A program made the translations under genes and the position numbers. The notes below the pieces were generated by a model. The model had not been told where the DNA came from. It saw nothing but the letters and a program-made list of their open reading frames with translations, and did no database searches. DNA of 63,888 bases, the filler included, from Reclinomonas americana ATCC 50394 (lineage: Eukaryota), in the NCBI GenBank assembly GCA_048213135.1. It is 18 parts of 18 records of this genome, joined end to end, with 100 filler letters (N's around TTAATTAATTAA, not from the genome) between each part and the next. Parts side by side here need not be neighbours in the genome. Positions count along the whole stretch, not along the records: positions 53,443 to 55,495 come from AFZH01023513.1; positions 55,596 to 58,226 come from AFZH01023514.1; positions 58,327 to 59,844 come from AFZH01023515.1; positions 59,945 to 62,249 come from AFZH01023518.1; positions 62,350 to 63,888 come from AFZH01023522.1; 13 more parts are not named here. One strand, given 5' to 3'. Positions 53,460-63,888 of this stretch are shown in pieces (position 1 is the first letter of the stretch; every line of letters begins with the position of its first letter).

Positions 53460-56400
53460 TTAGAAGGCGAATGCCAGCAGCGCGGCAATGGCCATCAGCA
53501 CCACAGTCCACAGTGACGAGGTCGCGGCGAAACCGGCACCACCGGTCGTCGACACACGCAGGTTGGCCGACGGGATCGACTGGCCGAACGAGTTGATGGC
53601 GCGCACGTTCACCACGTACGGCGTGCCCAGCTGCAGGTTCGCCTGAGTGAACGTGTAGTTGGCGCGTGACGACGACGTCGACTCGATGGCGTTCTTGTAG
53701 CCGAGGATCACGTTGCCGCCGTTCTCCGGGAACGTCTGGATCTGGTAGCTAGTGATCAGACCGAGACCAGTGTAGATCGGGGGTCGAGAAGTTGATGGTG
53801 ATCGAGGTGTTGGTGTTGGTGCCCTGAGTCGGGGCGGCCGGAGCGTCAGCCTGGCCCGTCTGGGTCAGAGCGCCCTGAGTCGGCGCGCCAATGTTGTTGT
53901 TGTCGGTGCCCTGCGAGCCCTGGCCGAGGCCGACGGTGTTGCCGCCGATCAGCACCATGCGGTAGCGCGACGACGGCTTGATGGTCTGGAACAGCTGCAC
54001 GCAAGTGCCGGCAATGGCCGGGTTGGTGCCGCTGCCGAGCACAGCAGTGTTCATGCCCAGGCCGTCAGCAGCGGCCGGGTTGCCAGTCGACGCCAGGAAG
54101 CGCGTCGTCCACTGCCAGTACACCAGGTAGTAGGTGGTGGCCGCAGTCGTGCCCGAGCCCACCGCAGTCAACGACACGCGGTACTCGTTGGCGGCGTAGA
54201 AGTCCAGCGACGGGGTGCCAGCAGCCGGCACAATGCCAGTCGTGGTCACCGGCGACGCCTGGATGTAGATCGACAGCGAGTTGTTGCCCGTGCCAATCGA
54301 GTTGGTCGCGTTGAGGAAGAAGCGGTAGAAGTTGCCGTTCACCACCGTCACAGACGCCGTGGTGTCGGTAGCACCCACCGCCGCCGTCGGGTTCGACGCA
54401 GTCGTGCCCGACGTGCCAGTCAGAGCCTGGCCAGAGATGGCAGTCGACGCGCCAGTGGCAGTCGTCCACGAGAACGCAATCGCCGTGCCAGTGTTGCTGG
54501 TCACCGCAAAGTTGGTCTGGTCGTTCGGCACCTGGCCCGTCAGCACGTTGTTGTTGAGGCCGTTGCCGAGGATGCCGTCGCCAAAGGTGGCCTGAGTGGT
54601 CGAAGTGCCAATGCCGTTGATGCCGCGCACATCGATGAAGTAGTTGGTGGCGTCAGTGAGGCCGCGGATCACAGCCTGCTGCACCGAGGTGGTGTTCTGG
54701 GTCAGCGTGCTGGTCGTAGCCGCGCGCCACGACACCTGCCACTGGTTCACGAACCCCTGGCCGCCAGTCTCCTGCGGCTGTCCCCAGCTGAGCCAGATCG
54801 AGGTCGAACGCTTGAGCAAAAGGTTCGAAGACAGCGACAAGATGCCGCTCGGGCGCTGCGGCGACGTGGCCGTGGTGATAGTGATGGCCGACGCAGACCA
54901 GGCAGTCTGGTAGCCGTTGAACGACGCCACGCCAATGCGGTACTTGGTGTTGGAGGTCAGGCCGTTCACCAGCAGCGACGATCGCGAGGTGGTCGAGCCG
55001 AGCGAGCCAGTGAGCTGGGTCACAAAGTTGTCCGGCACGAAAGCAATCGAGGTGACGTTGGTCAGGTTCTGCACCAGCACCTGCACGCCGACAAAGTTCG
55101 AGAAGCCGTCCGAGGTGGCCAGCGAGTACTGAGTGCCCGACACAGTCGACGGAGTCGACAGCGTGAAGGTGGCGTAGCCGGAGCCAGTCGTATCGGTGGT
55201 CAGAGCCGGCAGCGGGTACGGGCGCACAATCGAGTTGGCAATCTGCGGCAGAGTGCCCGACTGAGCACCGTTCTGCGTCGAGGTCACACCAGAGTCCGAG
55301 CGGGTGTTGGTGGCCTGCACGGCGTAGGTGTACGACTTGCCCGGAATGGTCGGGAAGTTGAAGTTGGTGGTCAGCGTCGTCCACGTGTACGTGCGGTTGC
55401 AGTTGCTGGTGTTCTGCGTCACAACGTAGCCGTTGATCGAGGTGCCACCAATGCTAATCGGCGACGCCCACGAGATGCTGGTGAGGGTGTCCTGGNNNNN
55501 NNNNNNNNNNNNNNNNNNNNNNNNNNNNNNNNNNNNNNNTTAATTAATTAANNNNNNNNNNNNNNNNNNNNNNNNNNNNNNNNNNNNNNNNNNNNTAGCA
55601 GTTGCCAGCCACAGCAGCGCAGCCGGCGCTCGAGTTGGTGCCCTGCGAGTTCGCAATACCAGCAGTCAGCGTCGGGGCGGCCGGGGCAATCGGTGCGTCA
55701 TCTGTGTGGTGGGGGAGAAGGGAGGCGGCGGTGGATGAGATACTGATATTCAAAAGAAGCAGATGGTTCCCTTCTCCCTCTCTCACTACCACTCCCTCTC
55801 CTCTCCTCTCCTCTTTCTTTCTCTCTCCCTTCCCGCCCCCCTCCCTTCCTTCCCCCCTTCCACGCAACTGGTGTTGTGAGTGGTCTGAGTGATCGGGCCA
55901 GCAGCCGTGGCCGAGTTGGTCGACGTGGCAGTGGCGTACACCTGGTACGTATACGTGTACGACGTGTTGGCCGTCAGCGTCGTGTCGGCAGTGTACGCAG
56001 CGGTAGTCGCCCAGCCAGCCGGCAGGGTCACCGTGCCCACAGACACCGGGGTCGCGCTGCCCTGGCCGCGGAAGATCGTGAACACTGTCACGGCGGCGGT
56101 GCCAAAGTTCTGCGGAATCGTCCACTGCAGGAAGATGTTGGTCAGGCCGTACTGCGTCACGACCAGGCTGGTCGGCGGGTTCGGCACGACGCCAGAGGCA
56201 GCCGGAGTGGTGAAGTTGATGGCAGTGCTGAACACGCACGTCACCGGGTTGGCGGCAGTGCCAGCCGGGTTGAAGGGCGACGTCGGGAAGGCAATCGAGA
56301 ACTGGTTGCTGGCGCATGCGCAGATCTGCAGGTTGACCGAGGTGCCAGCCGGCAGGCCAGTCACGTCAATGTAGTAGGTCGACAGGTTGGCGTTCCACGA

Positions 56401-57127
56401 TCCAGTGCCGGTGCCGTTGGTGGTCGGGATGGAGCTGGTGTCAATGTTGACGGCAGAGCCGGTAGTGGCCGCAGTCACTGGTGGTCGAGTGTACCACACG
56501 GTAGGCGTTCACGTTCGGAGTCGGAGTCGTCAGGTTGCCCTGAGTGGCGCTCGAGGTGGCAGTGTTGGAGCCGCCGACGCTGATCGGGGTCGAGAAGTTG
56601 AGGCGCACGCCAGTCGAGAACAGGCGCGAGTAGGCCACACCAGTGGGCGCAGCCGGCACAGAGCCGTTGTTGTCGGTGGTGGCCTGGATGGAGCCGGCCG
56701 CCGAGGGAGTGGTGTTGCTGTTGACAGTGAACTTGGCCTTGACCGCGTACTGCGTGGCAGCCACAAAGTTGTTGGTGGTGCCGCTCACAGTGAAGCCGGT
56801 GATCTGCTGGTAGAAGCCAGAGTTGTACGAGAACGGTCCGTAGAACGAGGTGGCGATGGTGCCAGCGCCAGTCGCGCCAGTGGTGATGGCAGGCTGGTCA
56901 GTGCTGGCATTGGTCACCGTGTAAGCGGCGGTCGGCAGAGCAGTAGTGTCGCCAGTGCCGAGCGTCGTAGGGAAGTTGAAGGCGACGACAAACGACGTCG
57001 ACGCGCCAGTGACAATGTGCGGACTCTCGATCAGGTGTTGACGGTCACAGTTGACACCCATCCAGTGCGCGCGCGGATGGACGCCGTATTGTTAGCGGCA
57101 GTGTGCGGATACACTGTACGTTGGGTC
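53460..57127 (-). CDS. Fibronectin type III repeat, Thr/Ser-rich cell-surface protein with a hydrophobic C-terminus (GPI signal or TM); spans one linker
   Basis: FN3 motifs (SIWLSW..P..TGG, GLTSNTKYRIGV, YVVNVRAINSFGQS, PAAPT) and C-terminus TGGAGFAATSSLWTVVLMAIAALLAFAF*. Strong GC3 codon bias. Intron at ~55702-55866 and apparent frameshifts at ~53780 and ~56497. Confidence 0.85.
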
Positions 57128-57419
57128 TACGTGCACGGGATCGGGAGATGAGTGGCGCTGTCTTCGCGGACACAAAGCTCCACTTGCACTCACGCAGAGC
57201 TGTTCCCTCCTAGCGACAGACATCGATCATCAGTGTTGGCGAGTCCCTCCAGCCATCGCTCTCCTTTCCGGCCCCGCTCGCGCGCCAGCAACCACGCTCG
57301 CGCGGACTCGTCCAAACTGCCCATGCCACTGACTATCGCTATCGGGAGTGCCAGGAACAGCTCCTCGCCATTTGTGATATCGATTCGTCGGGGCTGACAC
57401 TCGAACGGTGCAGTCCGTG

Positions 57420-57485
57420 CACTCACTCACAGTGTGCTTGCCGTCGGGAGTGACGGCGACAGACCGCACCGCACCGCAGCAGTGA
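57420..57485 (-). pseudogene. Isolated WD40 repeat fragment of the same family
   Basis: GAVRSVAVTPDGKHTVS(E)CTDCTVRV on the minus strand. Confidence 0.6.
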
Positions 57486-57530
57486 GACTCTGCATAATCT
57501 GTGCCGACCAGGTGTAGTCGCGGTGAGGAG

Positions 57531-57567
<37 letters not shown>

Positions 57568-58187
57568 GCACATATACATGCACAAAGGCAGAACCACGCA
57601 AGTGAACGCATGTTCACACTATTGTTGCCTTTTTTTCTCTTAAGTGTGTGTACCTCATTCATCCGACGGAACATCAACGAACCGCGTGCTATGCCTCTCG
57701 TGCTGCTGTGAACGTCTCATTACCTCCCCATCTCCCCGGGCCCACGTTCTCGCCGTGGTGCGTCAATCTCAGCGTGCAACATGAGCAAGATTACGGCATT
57801 GAATGTGCATTGTCAGGCCAAGGCCTGTGTAGTGCACACGGGCGAGGCGAAAGAGAACAGATCGTGAGTTGCTTCGTCACACTGTTGTCAACGGCGATGT
57901 GTGTGCAGGAAACGAGTGGTGTGCACGACGAGAAGAGTGGCCATTGGGGCCAATGCTTGACACGCTCACCATGGGCATGCGGGAGACAGGAAGGCGGCAA
58001 TGATGACACTGGCCGCTTCAACACGGCCGTTTTCGAATGGCAAGGCGACATGAAAGCACAGGCTCAAGGTGTGTGGGAACTCCGTGAATGCCGTGGAAGG
58101 TGCCCCTAGTTCCCGTGACCCTTCGCGGGATGTGGAAAGAAGAGAAGACAGACGATGAAGGGAGAAGTATATAACAGGAGTGAGAGA

Positions 58188-58226
<39 letters not shown>

Positions 58227-58340
58227 NNNNNNNNNNNNNNNNNNNNNNNNNNNNNNNNNNNNNNNNNNNNTTAATTAATTAANNNNNNNNNNNNNNNNNN
58301 NNNNNNNNNNNNNNNNNNNNNNNNNNACGTCGCTTCGCCT

Positions 58341-59422
58341 TCAGCAATCAGTATCATTCTTCTCGGCGTGGTGCCGCTGTTCTGCTTCCATTCGCCGACG
58401 ACGACCCAAGACAACAGTTGCTCCGCAACCATGTGAGGTCACCAAGAAGCACCTACACCACAGCTGGGGCGAACAGCGCGGCGAGGGGCATGCGATCAGT
58501 GGCCACTTGGAAGCGAGTACCTGCACCAGGAGCAACCGCAGCAGCACCAGCCGGAGGAGCAACAGGAGACAAACACACAGAGAAATACCGCTGTGTTGAG
58601 CAGCTGCTGGCGATTGACGTCTGTAACCTCGTTCGTCTGTGCCGGTACTTGGCCACCAAACCAGCAGTCGGCAACGGCGAGAAGTCGTCAACACGACCAC
58701 CGGTCGCCTTCACCGAGCAATGGAGCATGTGCTCCGCCACACGCCTAGCCAGCGATTGGCGGTGTGTCAGCAGTTTCACCGCCGAGTTGATCAACAGAGA
58801 GGCCGCTCGCTCCACCACAGAGTACAGGCCGAGACCACCTTGCGACAGCGGAGTGTAGAGGAAGGGTGTGCCGGAGTCGTTGTCGAGGCCAAGGCAGAGT
58901 CGGATGCTGTCGCGGATCTTGCGGTCGAATCTGCCGAGCACGTCCGGCTGAAGCTCCACCTGCGCCGACATGACAAAGGGTGGCCTTGGTGAGGATGAAG
59001 CGGCGAACGGCATCCACCTTCTGGAGCGGCAACAGCGACGACTGCTTGATGGCCTCGATCGGAGTGAAGAGCTGCTTCTCCAGCATCTTCGCCACTTGCT
59101 TCATCGCCTCACTTGCGCGAGTCGGTGAGTAGAACGGGTAGCCAAGCCAACGATCGCACTCAGTGACAGATGACATGGATCGCAACGCAGTGCCAGCCAT
59201 CAGCAGCTCGGGATCGAACTCCTCCGCCACGCAAAGTTCTGCGCCTGCATTGGACCAGTTCGGCTTGTTCCGAGCACGCGGAGCCAGCACCAATGACTTC
59301 TGCGGGTTGCCGGCAATGCCAGACCACTCGGCCAGACGCTTGGACAGATCCAGGACCAGCTGCGCCTCACGAACGGAAGACACCACAACGTGACGATCAT
59401 CGACAAAGGCAGAAACACACAC
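58341..59422 (-). mobile_element. Degenerate non-LTR retrotransposon (RT C-terminal half/thumb)
   Basis: VSAFVDDRHVVVSSVREAQLVLD matches the 21880-21950 fragment. Also NPQKS, RWLGYPF, LLPLQKVDAVRRFI and LYTPLSQGGLGL. Frameshift near 58990. Confidence 0.85.
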
Positions 59423-59944
59423 ATGTGCACACGAATGTCGGAATCACAGAAAGAGAAACCAACACGAAGGGCACAAGTGCACGCGACGGAGAGAAAAAAT
59501 GCGTGCGTGAATGCGCATGTTTTAGCTGAGCATGCTGAGAGACGCGTGTGAGAAGCGGAAAATGATTGCGAGTGCGTGCGAGCAGCGCTCCCCAACGCCA
59601 ATGACCACCAGGCGACGGATGTGTTGATCACTCAACACATGAGATGTTGACTGCACACCAAGAGTCGATGTCGACCACGAACTAGCTATATATAGGGGTA
59701 CCGCTGTACCCCAGGTGCCGGAGCCGGGAAGCACCCCGTCCCCTTCCTTTCTTAGTCCACTGTACCCCGCACCCGGTGGACAAAAAAGGACTGCACCCCA
59801 GCACCCCATTCCTTGCCACCCCCCCCCCCTCCCCCCTACTTCGCNNNNNNNNNNNNNNNNNNNNNNNNNNNNNNNNNNNNNNNNNNNNTTAATTAATTAA
59901 NNNNNNNNNNNNNNNNNNNNNNNNNNNNNNNNNNNNNNNNNNNN

Positions 59945-62249
59945 AACGCATCCTGCTCCTCCAGCACCTTGACGTAGCGTGTGTCCGCAAACACGACGGA
60001 AATGCTGTGTAGCAGGTAGTCGCGAATATCTGCAGCAGCACCCGGTAATTTAAACTCAGGCACAGACTGGGACTGGCGAAAAAGGCGCAGCAAGCAAGCT
60101 CACCGGCATTGACAATGCGAGTATCCTCAATGTGATTGACCACAAACGAGAGGATTCGCTGCAAGCCAGGTTCGTTGCGGGCTGTTGTGTTTGTTTGTGC
60201 ATGGTGAGGAGGCGGAAGAGGAACTGCTTGACTCAATGTCCTCCAGCCGACTCACCGGCAAAATAGTCAAACGAGGGCTCGATACGACGCAGCGAGTGGA
60301 AAATGTTGCCGACGGTGTCCACCAGGAAGCTCGGCAGGTAGTGATACACATTGCGTGCTTCGGCGGGCAGAGACATTACCGCATGTTCCGTGCGACCCGA
60401 CAGCGCGGACACAAAATCGGCCAGGAACACGGCCAGTCGGAACGCATTCCGTTGTACTCGCTGCAAGCACGCAAAAATGGTGTGTTTTCTTGGTGACACA
60501 ACCCACTCCTTTCTCGACAACTCACCTCGCGCATGACAAACAGCTTGGCCAGCGCGTGTGCCGCAAACAGTCGGTCGAACTTGGAGACGAGCGCATCCAC
60601 ATCGTCGTCTTGGCCATTCAACCGCATGACGTACATGCGCTCACTCAGCGCGCGCATGTCGGCCTCCGTGTTGAGAATCTTGTCGACAACACGTACTGCG
60701 CACGAATGGTACGCCAGTGCTGCCATGAGAATCGCATGCGCATCCACCACGCGCCTCATATCCTCCTCTGTGCATCACTCAAGACAATCAGCAATCTCTC
60801 GGCATACACACGCACACTCTCCATCTCATGAAAAGGGAAACGGACCCACGGGTCGCTGATCCGAGTCATACGATGACCACATGGGCACCACCATCACCGT
60901 CCCCATCTCCTCTGGTGTGACGGGAAACTCGCGCTGCACGTGCGACAGCGTGCCGCCGATTAATGACCAACCCAGCGACTCCCACGGCACCTCGATCAAG
61001 AAATGCGCCGAGAAGCGCACATGTGTTGTGCTGGTGGTGGCAGAAGCAGCAGCAGCATGATGAGCACAACAAATGTGAGCAGCGACATGCAAACGAGACG
61101 CACCGCAGATGCACGCTCGAGTTCTCGAGCCACTTGACCAGCACATCGAACACGGAGACCAGGCTGGTCCAGTTCGACGGCATTCCACTCCGACCTGTCG
61201 GCGACTTGGCCTCGGCCGCACTCTCAAACACCCATTGCAGAAACACCGTACGAGGCGCCAGGTCAGTGCCCGGCAGCGGCACCTGCGCTTGATCGCCCAA
61301 AAACAAGTCAAGTATCCTGACGGTGGCGTTGTCAGTATCTGCACACAAGCGATCAAGCAAACGGCCAGAAATGAAGGCACTCAACTGTACATACAGATCG
61401 CGCGCCTTCTCTAATCGTGTGCCGACATCGGCCAGCTGCTCGGCGAATACGTCGCTGGCATCCTCTGCCGTCGACGACGCAAAGCGCTCCCGGTTCGGCC
61501 AGTACGTCGATGGAAGTGCGAAATGCGCATCCTCCATCGACAGCTCCTTGTGCGAGAACAAGAACTGCAAATCATTGTATATCCGTCGCAAGTGTGGCGA
61601 CAGAGACGAAGACGATGTCGACGATGCTGTCGTCGATTCGGCACTCGTGTCGGTGAGCCAGGTGGCAAACCGCCGTGGATCGTCGCGCAGCAGCGCCAGC
61701 AGCAGCGTGAGCACACGTGGCGGACTCTCCACATCGTGCACCGATATGAGACTGATCTCCAAGCACAGCACCGACACGCACTGTTGCACCACAAACGTGT
61801 ACTCCCACAACTGCCAGCAGGTAATGATGATCAGCATTCAAGCACAACAAACATGCACACGCGGGAGAAAAGTGCACTGATTGTGCGTCTCACCTGCAGC
61901 GTATTCTGCAATAGGCGGAACAACAGATCTGCGTCGCGGGTTGGCACGCTGAGCAGATATGGAACGAGCGCGAGTCGAATGGTCTCGACGTTGGCCAGCA
62001 CGGCTCGCATCAGCCGTGAGCAGAGACCCGAACGCAAGAAGAAAACTTCCTGTGATTTGCATGAGTGGTCAGTGGGGGGGAGTCACACACAGAGACTGTC
62101 GCACACTCACCCTTGTGACATGCCGCATGCTGCGTCCTTCAAACTGCGCCAACTCACGCAGACACGGTAATACGGCTTCAACCACACTCACAGGCCCCTC
62201 CGCCGACGTGTCGACTCCTCGATATTCATCCGCACGCTCTCCAAACAGC
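59945..62249 (-). CDS. Internal exons of an RNF123/KPC1 (plant RKP)-like E3 ubiquitin ligase
   Basis: Spliced translation YHYLPSFLVDTVGNIFHSLRRIEPSF...GLQRILSFVVNHIEDTRIVNA|DIRDYLLHSISV resembles the RKP/RNF123 segment (Y.PEFY...F..LR...GL..F..FVV.HF.D.RI.N.DLRD.LLQSISV) as I recall it. The SPRY and RING domains are outside the segment. Confidence 0.65.
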
Positions 62250-62349
62250 NNNNNNNNNNNNNNNNNNNNNNNNNNNNNNNNNNNNNNNNNNNNTTAATTA
62301 ATTAANNNNNNNNNNNNNNNNNNNNNNNNNNNNNNNNNNNNNNNNNNNN

Positions 62350-63110
62350 GGGAATAGGAAAGGAACAAGGGGCAGGAAAAAGGGAGAATGAGAAGAAGGC
62401 AGAGAGACGGGAAAGGGAATGAAGAGGGGAAGGAAGAGGGGAGAAAAGAGGGGAGGAAAGAGGGGAGGAAAGAGGGGAGAAAAGAGGGGAGGAAAGAGGG
62501 GAGGAAAGACGGGAAGGAAAACGTGAAGGAGAATATGGAATAAGATGAGGGAAGGTGAAAGGGGAAGGAAATTGGAAAGGAACAGGGGGGAGGAAGAGGG
62601 GAAGGAAGAGGGGGAAGGAATAGGGAGAACGTGAAGGATGACCGGAAAGAGAGAACGAAACGGGGAAGGAAATGAGCAACGAATGTGTGAACATGGAAAA
62701 CAGAGGAAATGGACAGAGTGGTTGTGTTTCTCTGCCCTTCCCCCCTCCTCCCCACTCCGTCCCCCCTTCTCGTTCCCCCTTCTCCTTCCCCCTTCTCGTT
62801 CCCCCTTCTCGTTCCCCCTTCTCGTTCTCCTTCTCCTCTCCCTTCTCCTCTCCCTTCTCCTCTCCCTTCTCCTTTCCCTTCTCATCCCCCTTCTCGTTCC
62901 CCTTCGCTCCCCATTCTCTTTCGTCTTTCAACTATTCTCGTTCCCCTTCTCCTTCCCTGTTCTTCTTCTTTTCCTCCACTTCCTCCTCTTTTTCTTGGTT
63001 CTTTTCCTCGGCTTGTCATTCTCATCGTTCTTGTTCTTCTTTTCATGTTCCTGAACTTGTGCACCTTGCCCCTCCTCCTTCCTCCTCCTTCGTCTTCCTG
63101 ATCGCCTTCT
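62350..63110. repeat. Polypurine then polypyrimidine low-complexity tracts with 12-bp units
   Basis: (gaggggaggaaa)n to ~62640, then (ttctcctctccc)n. Probably intronic, upstream of a small exon at ~63124-63223. Confidence 0.8.
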
Positions 63111-63888
63111 TGGATTTATGTAGGTTCACTCTGTGGAATGCGGGCGGAGGCTTTGGGAATGCTGCGCGGCGCATGCAGTCGCGGTCGCCGAGCCCGGATT
63201 CGTCAGCACCGGGGTCGTTTGAGGTGAGTTGTGCGGTTTACTGACGTGCTCCGTGACTGTCGTTTCTCGAGAGAAGAATCGATACATCTTGTGCGCTTCC
63301 ATCGTCTCTGTTTTTTGTTTTTCTTGATGCATTCTTCTCTGTTCCGTGTTGTTTCTTGGGTGACAATACCTTGTCTCTGCGTTTCTCGGTGCATCACGCA
63401 TTTATCTCTGCTCTGTCTGTCTTTTTCTCGAGAGAAGAATCGTTTCTCTGGGTTCCTTGTGTACGTTATCTACGCTCTTTGTTGTCTTGATGTTTTCTCC
63501 TCTGTTCTGCGTCTGTTGTTTCTTGGAGAGAGCAGAAGCCTTGTCTCTTTTGTCTTCTCCTTGCCAACTTGGTGCAATCATCTCCTCATTGGTGTCTTCT
63601 TGATCCTGTTATGTTCTGTGCCTGTTGAATCCTGTACACAGCAAGAAGTCTGGTTATCGTCTATCCGTCGTATCTCCCGTTTTCTGTCGTTGTACGTTCC
63701 TCAGTCCGAATCCTGGTGGTCTTGGAAGCTGCTGTGACTGCATCTTTATGTTTCCTTGTCTGATGCACTCTTACCCCTTTATTATTCCCTTTTTCCCCTC
63801 TTCCCCTTCCTCTCCTTCCCCTCTTCCCCCTTCCTCCCCTTCCCCTCTTCCCCCTTCCCCCTTTCCCCCTTCCCCCTTCCCCCTTCCT

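Noticed and set aside
53749..53751. Stop-codon readthrough or a non-standard genetic code in the FN3 gene
   Set aside because: An extra base ~30 nt earlier explains it; the corrected frame reads TPIYTGLGLITSYQIQTFP with no stop.

Overview
Intron-containing eukaryotic (protist-like) genomic DNA. It is made of 18 segments joined by 17 artificial 100-nt linkers (N44-TTAATTAATTAA-N44), so adjacency across linkers is not proven. The dominant content is an immune-like WD40 locus with two parts. (i) Two paralogous three-exon NLR-like STAND genes (854..6274 + and 24577..29752 -). Once spliced they read ubiquitin-like domain / DZIP3-type HEPN domain with an intact RxxxxH motif / NACHT / pentapeptide repeats / 16-18 WD40 repeats / short F-box-like tail. 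(ii) A head-to-tail array of about 17 copies or fragments of a 7-blade WD40 gene with a conserved acidic, F-box-like C-terminal tail (32758..51785). The copies are mosaic, vary at the same blade positions and share the NLR repeat pool. Also present: an intron-rich TIG/IPT-like repeat gene with H-type-lectin-like domains whose 5' part appears displaced by NLR1, a near-complete pogo-type transposon with TIRs, a 229-bp Helitron-like insertion with telomere-like repeats, non-LTR RT fragments, an FN3-repeat surface protein gene, part of an RNF123/KPC1(RKP)-like E3 ligase gene, and many micro- and minisatellites. All domain calls come from motif recognition by eye; no searches were run.
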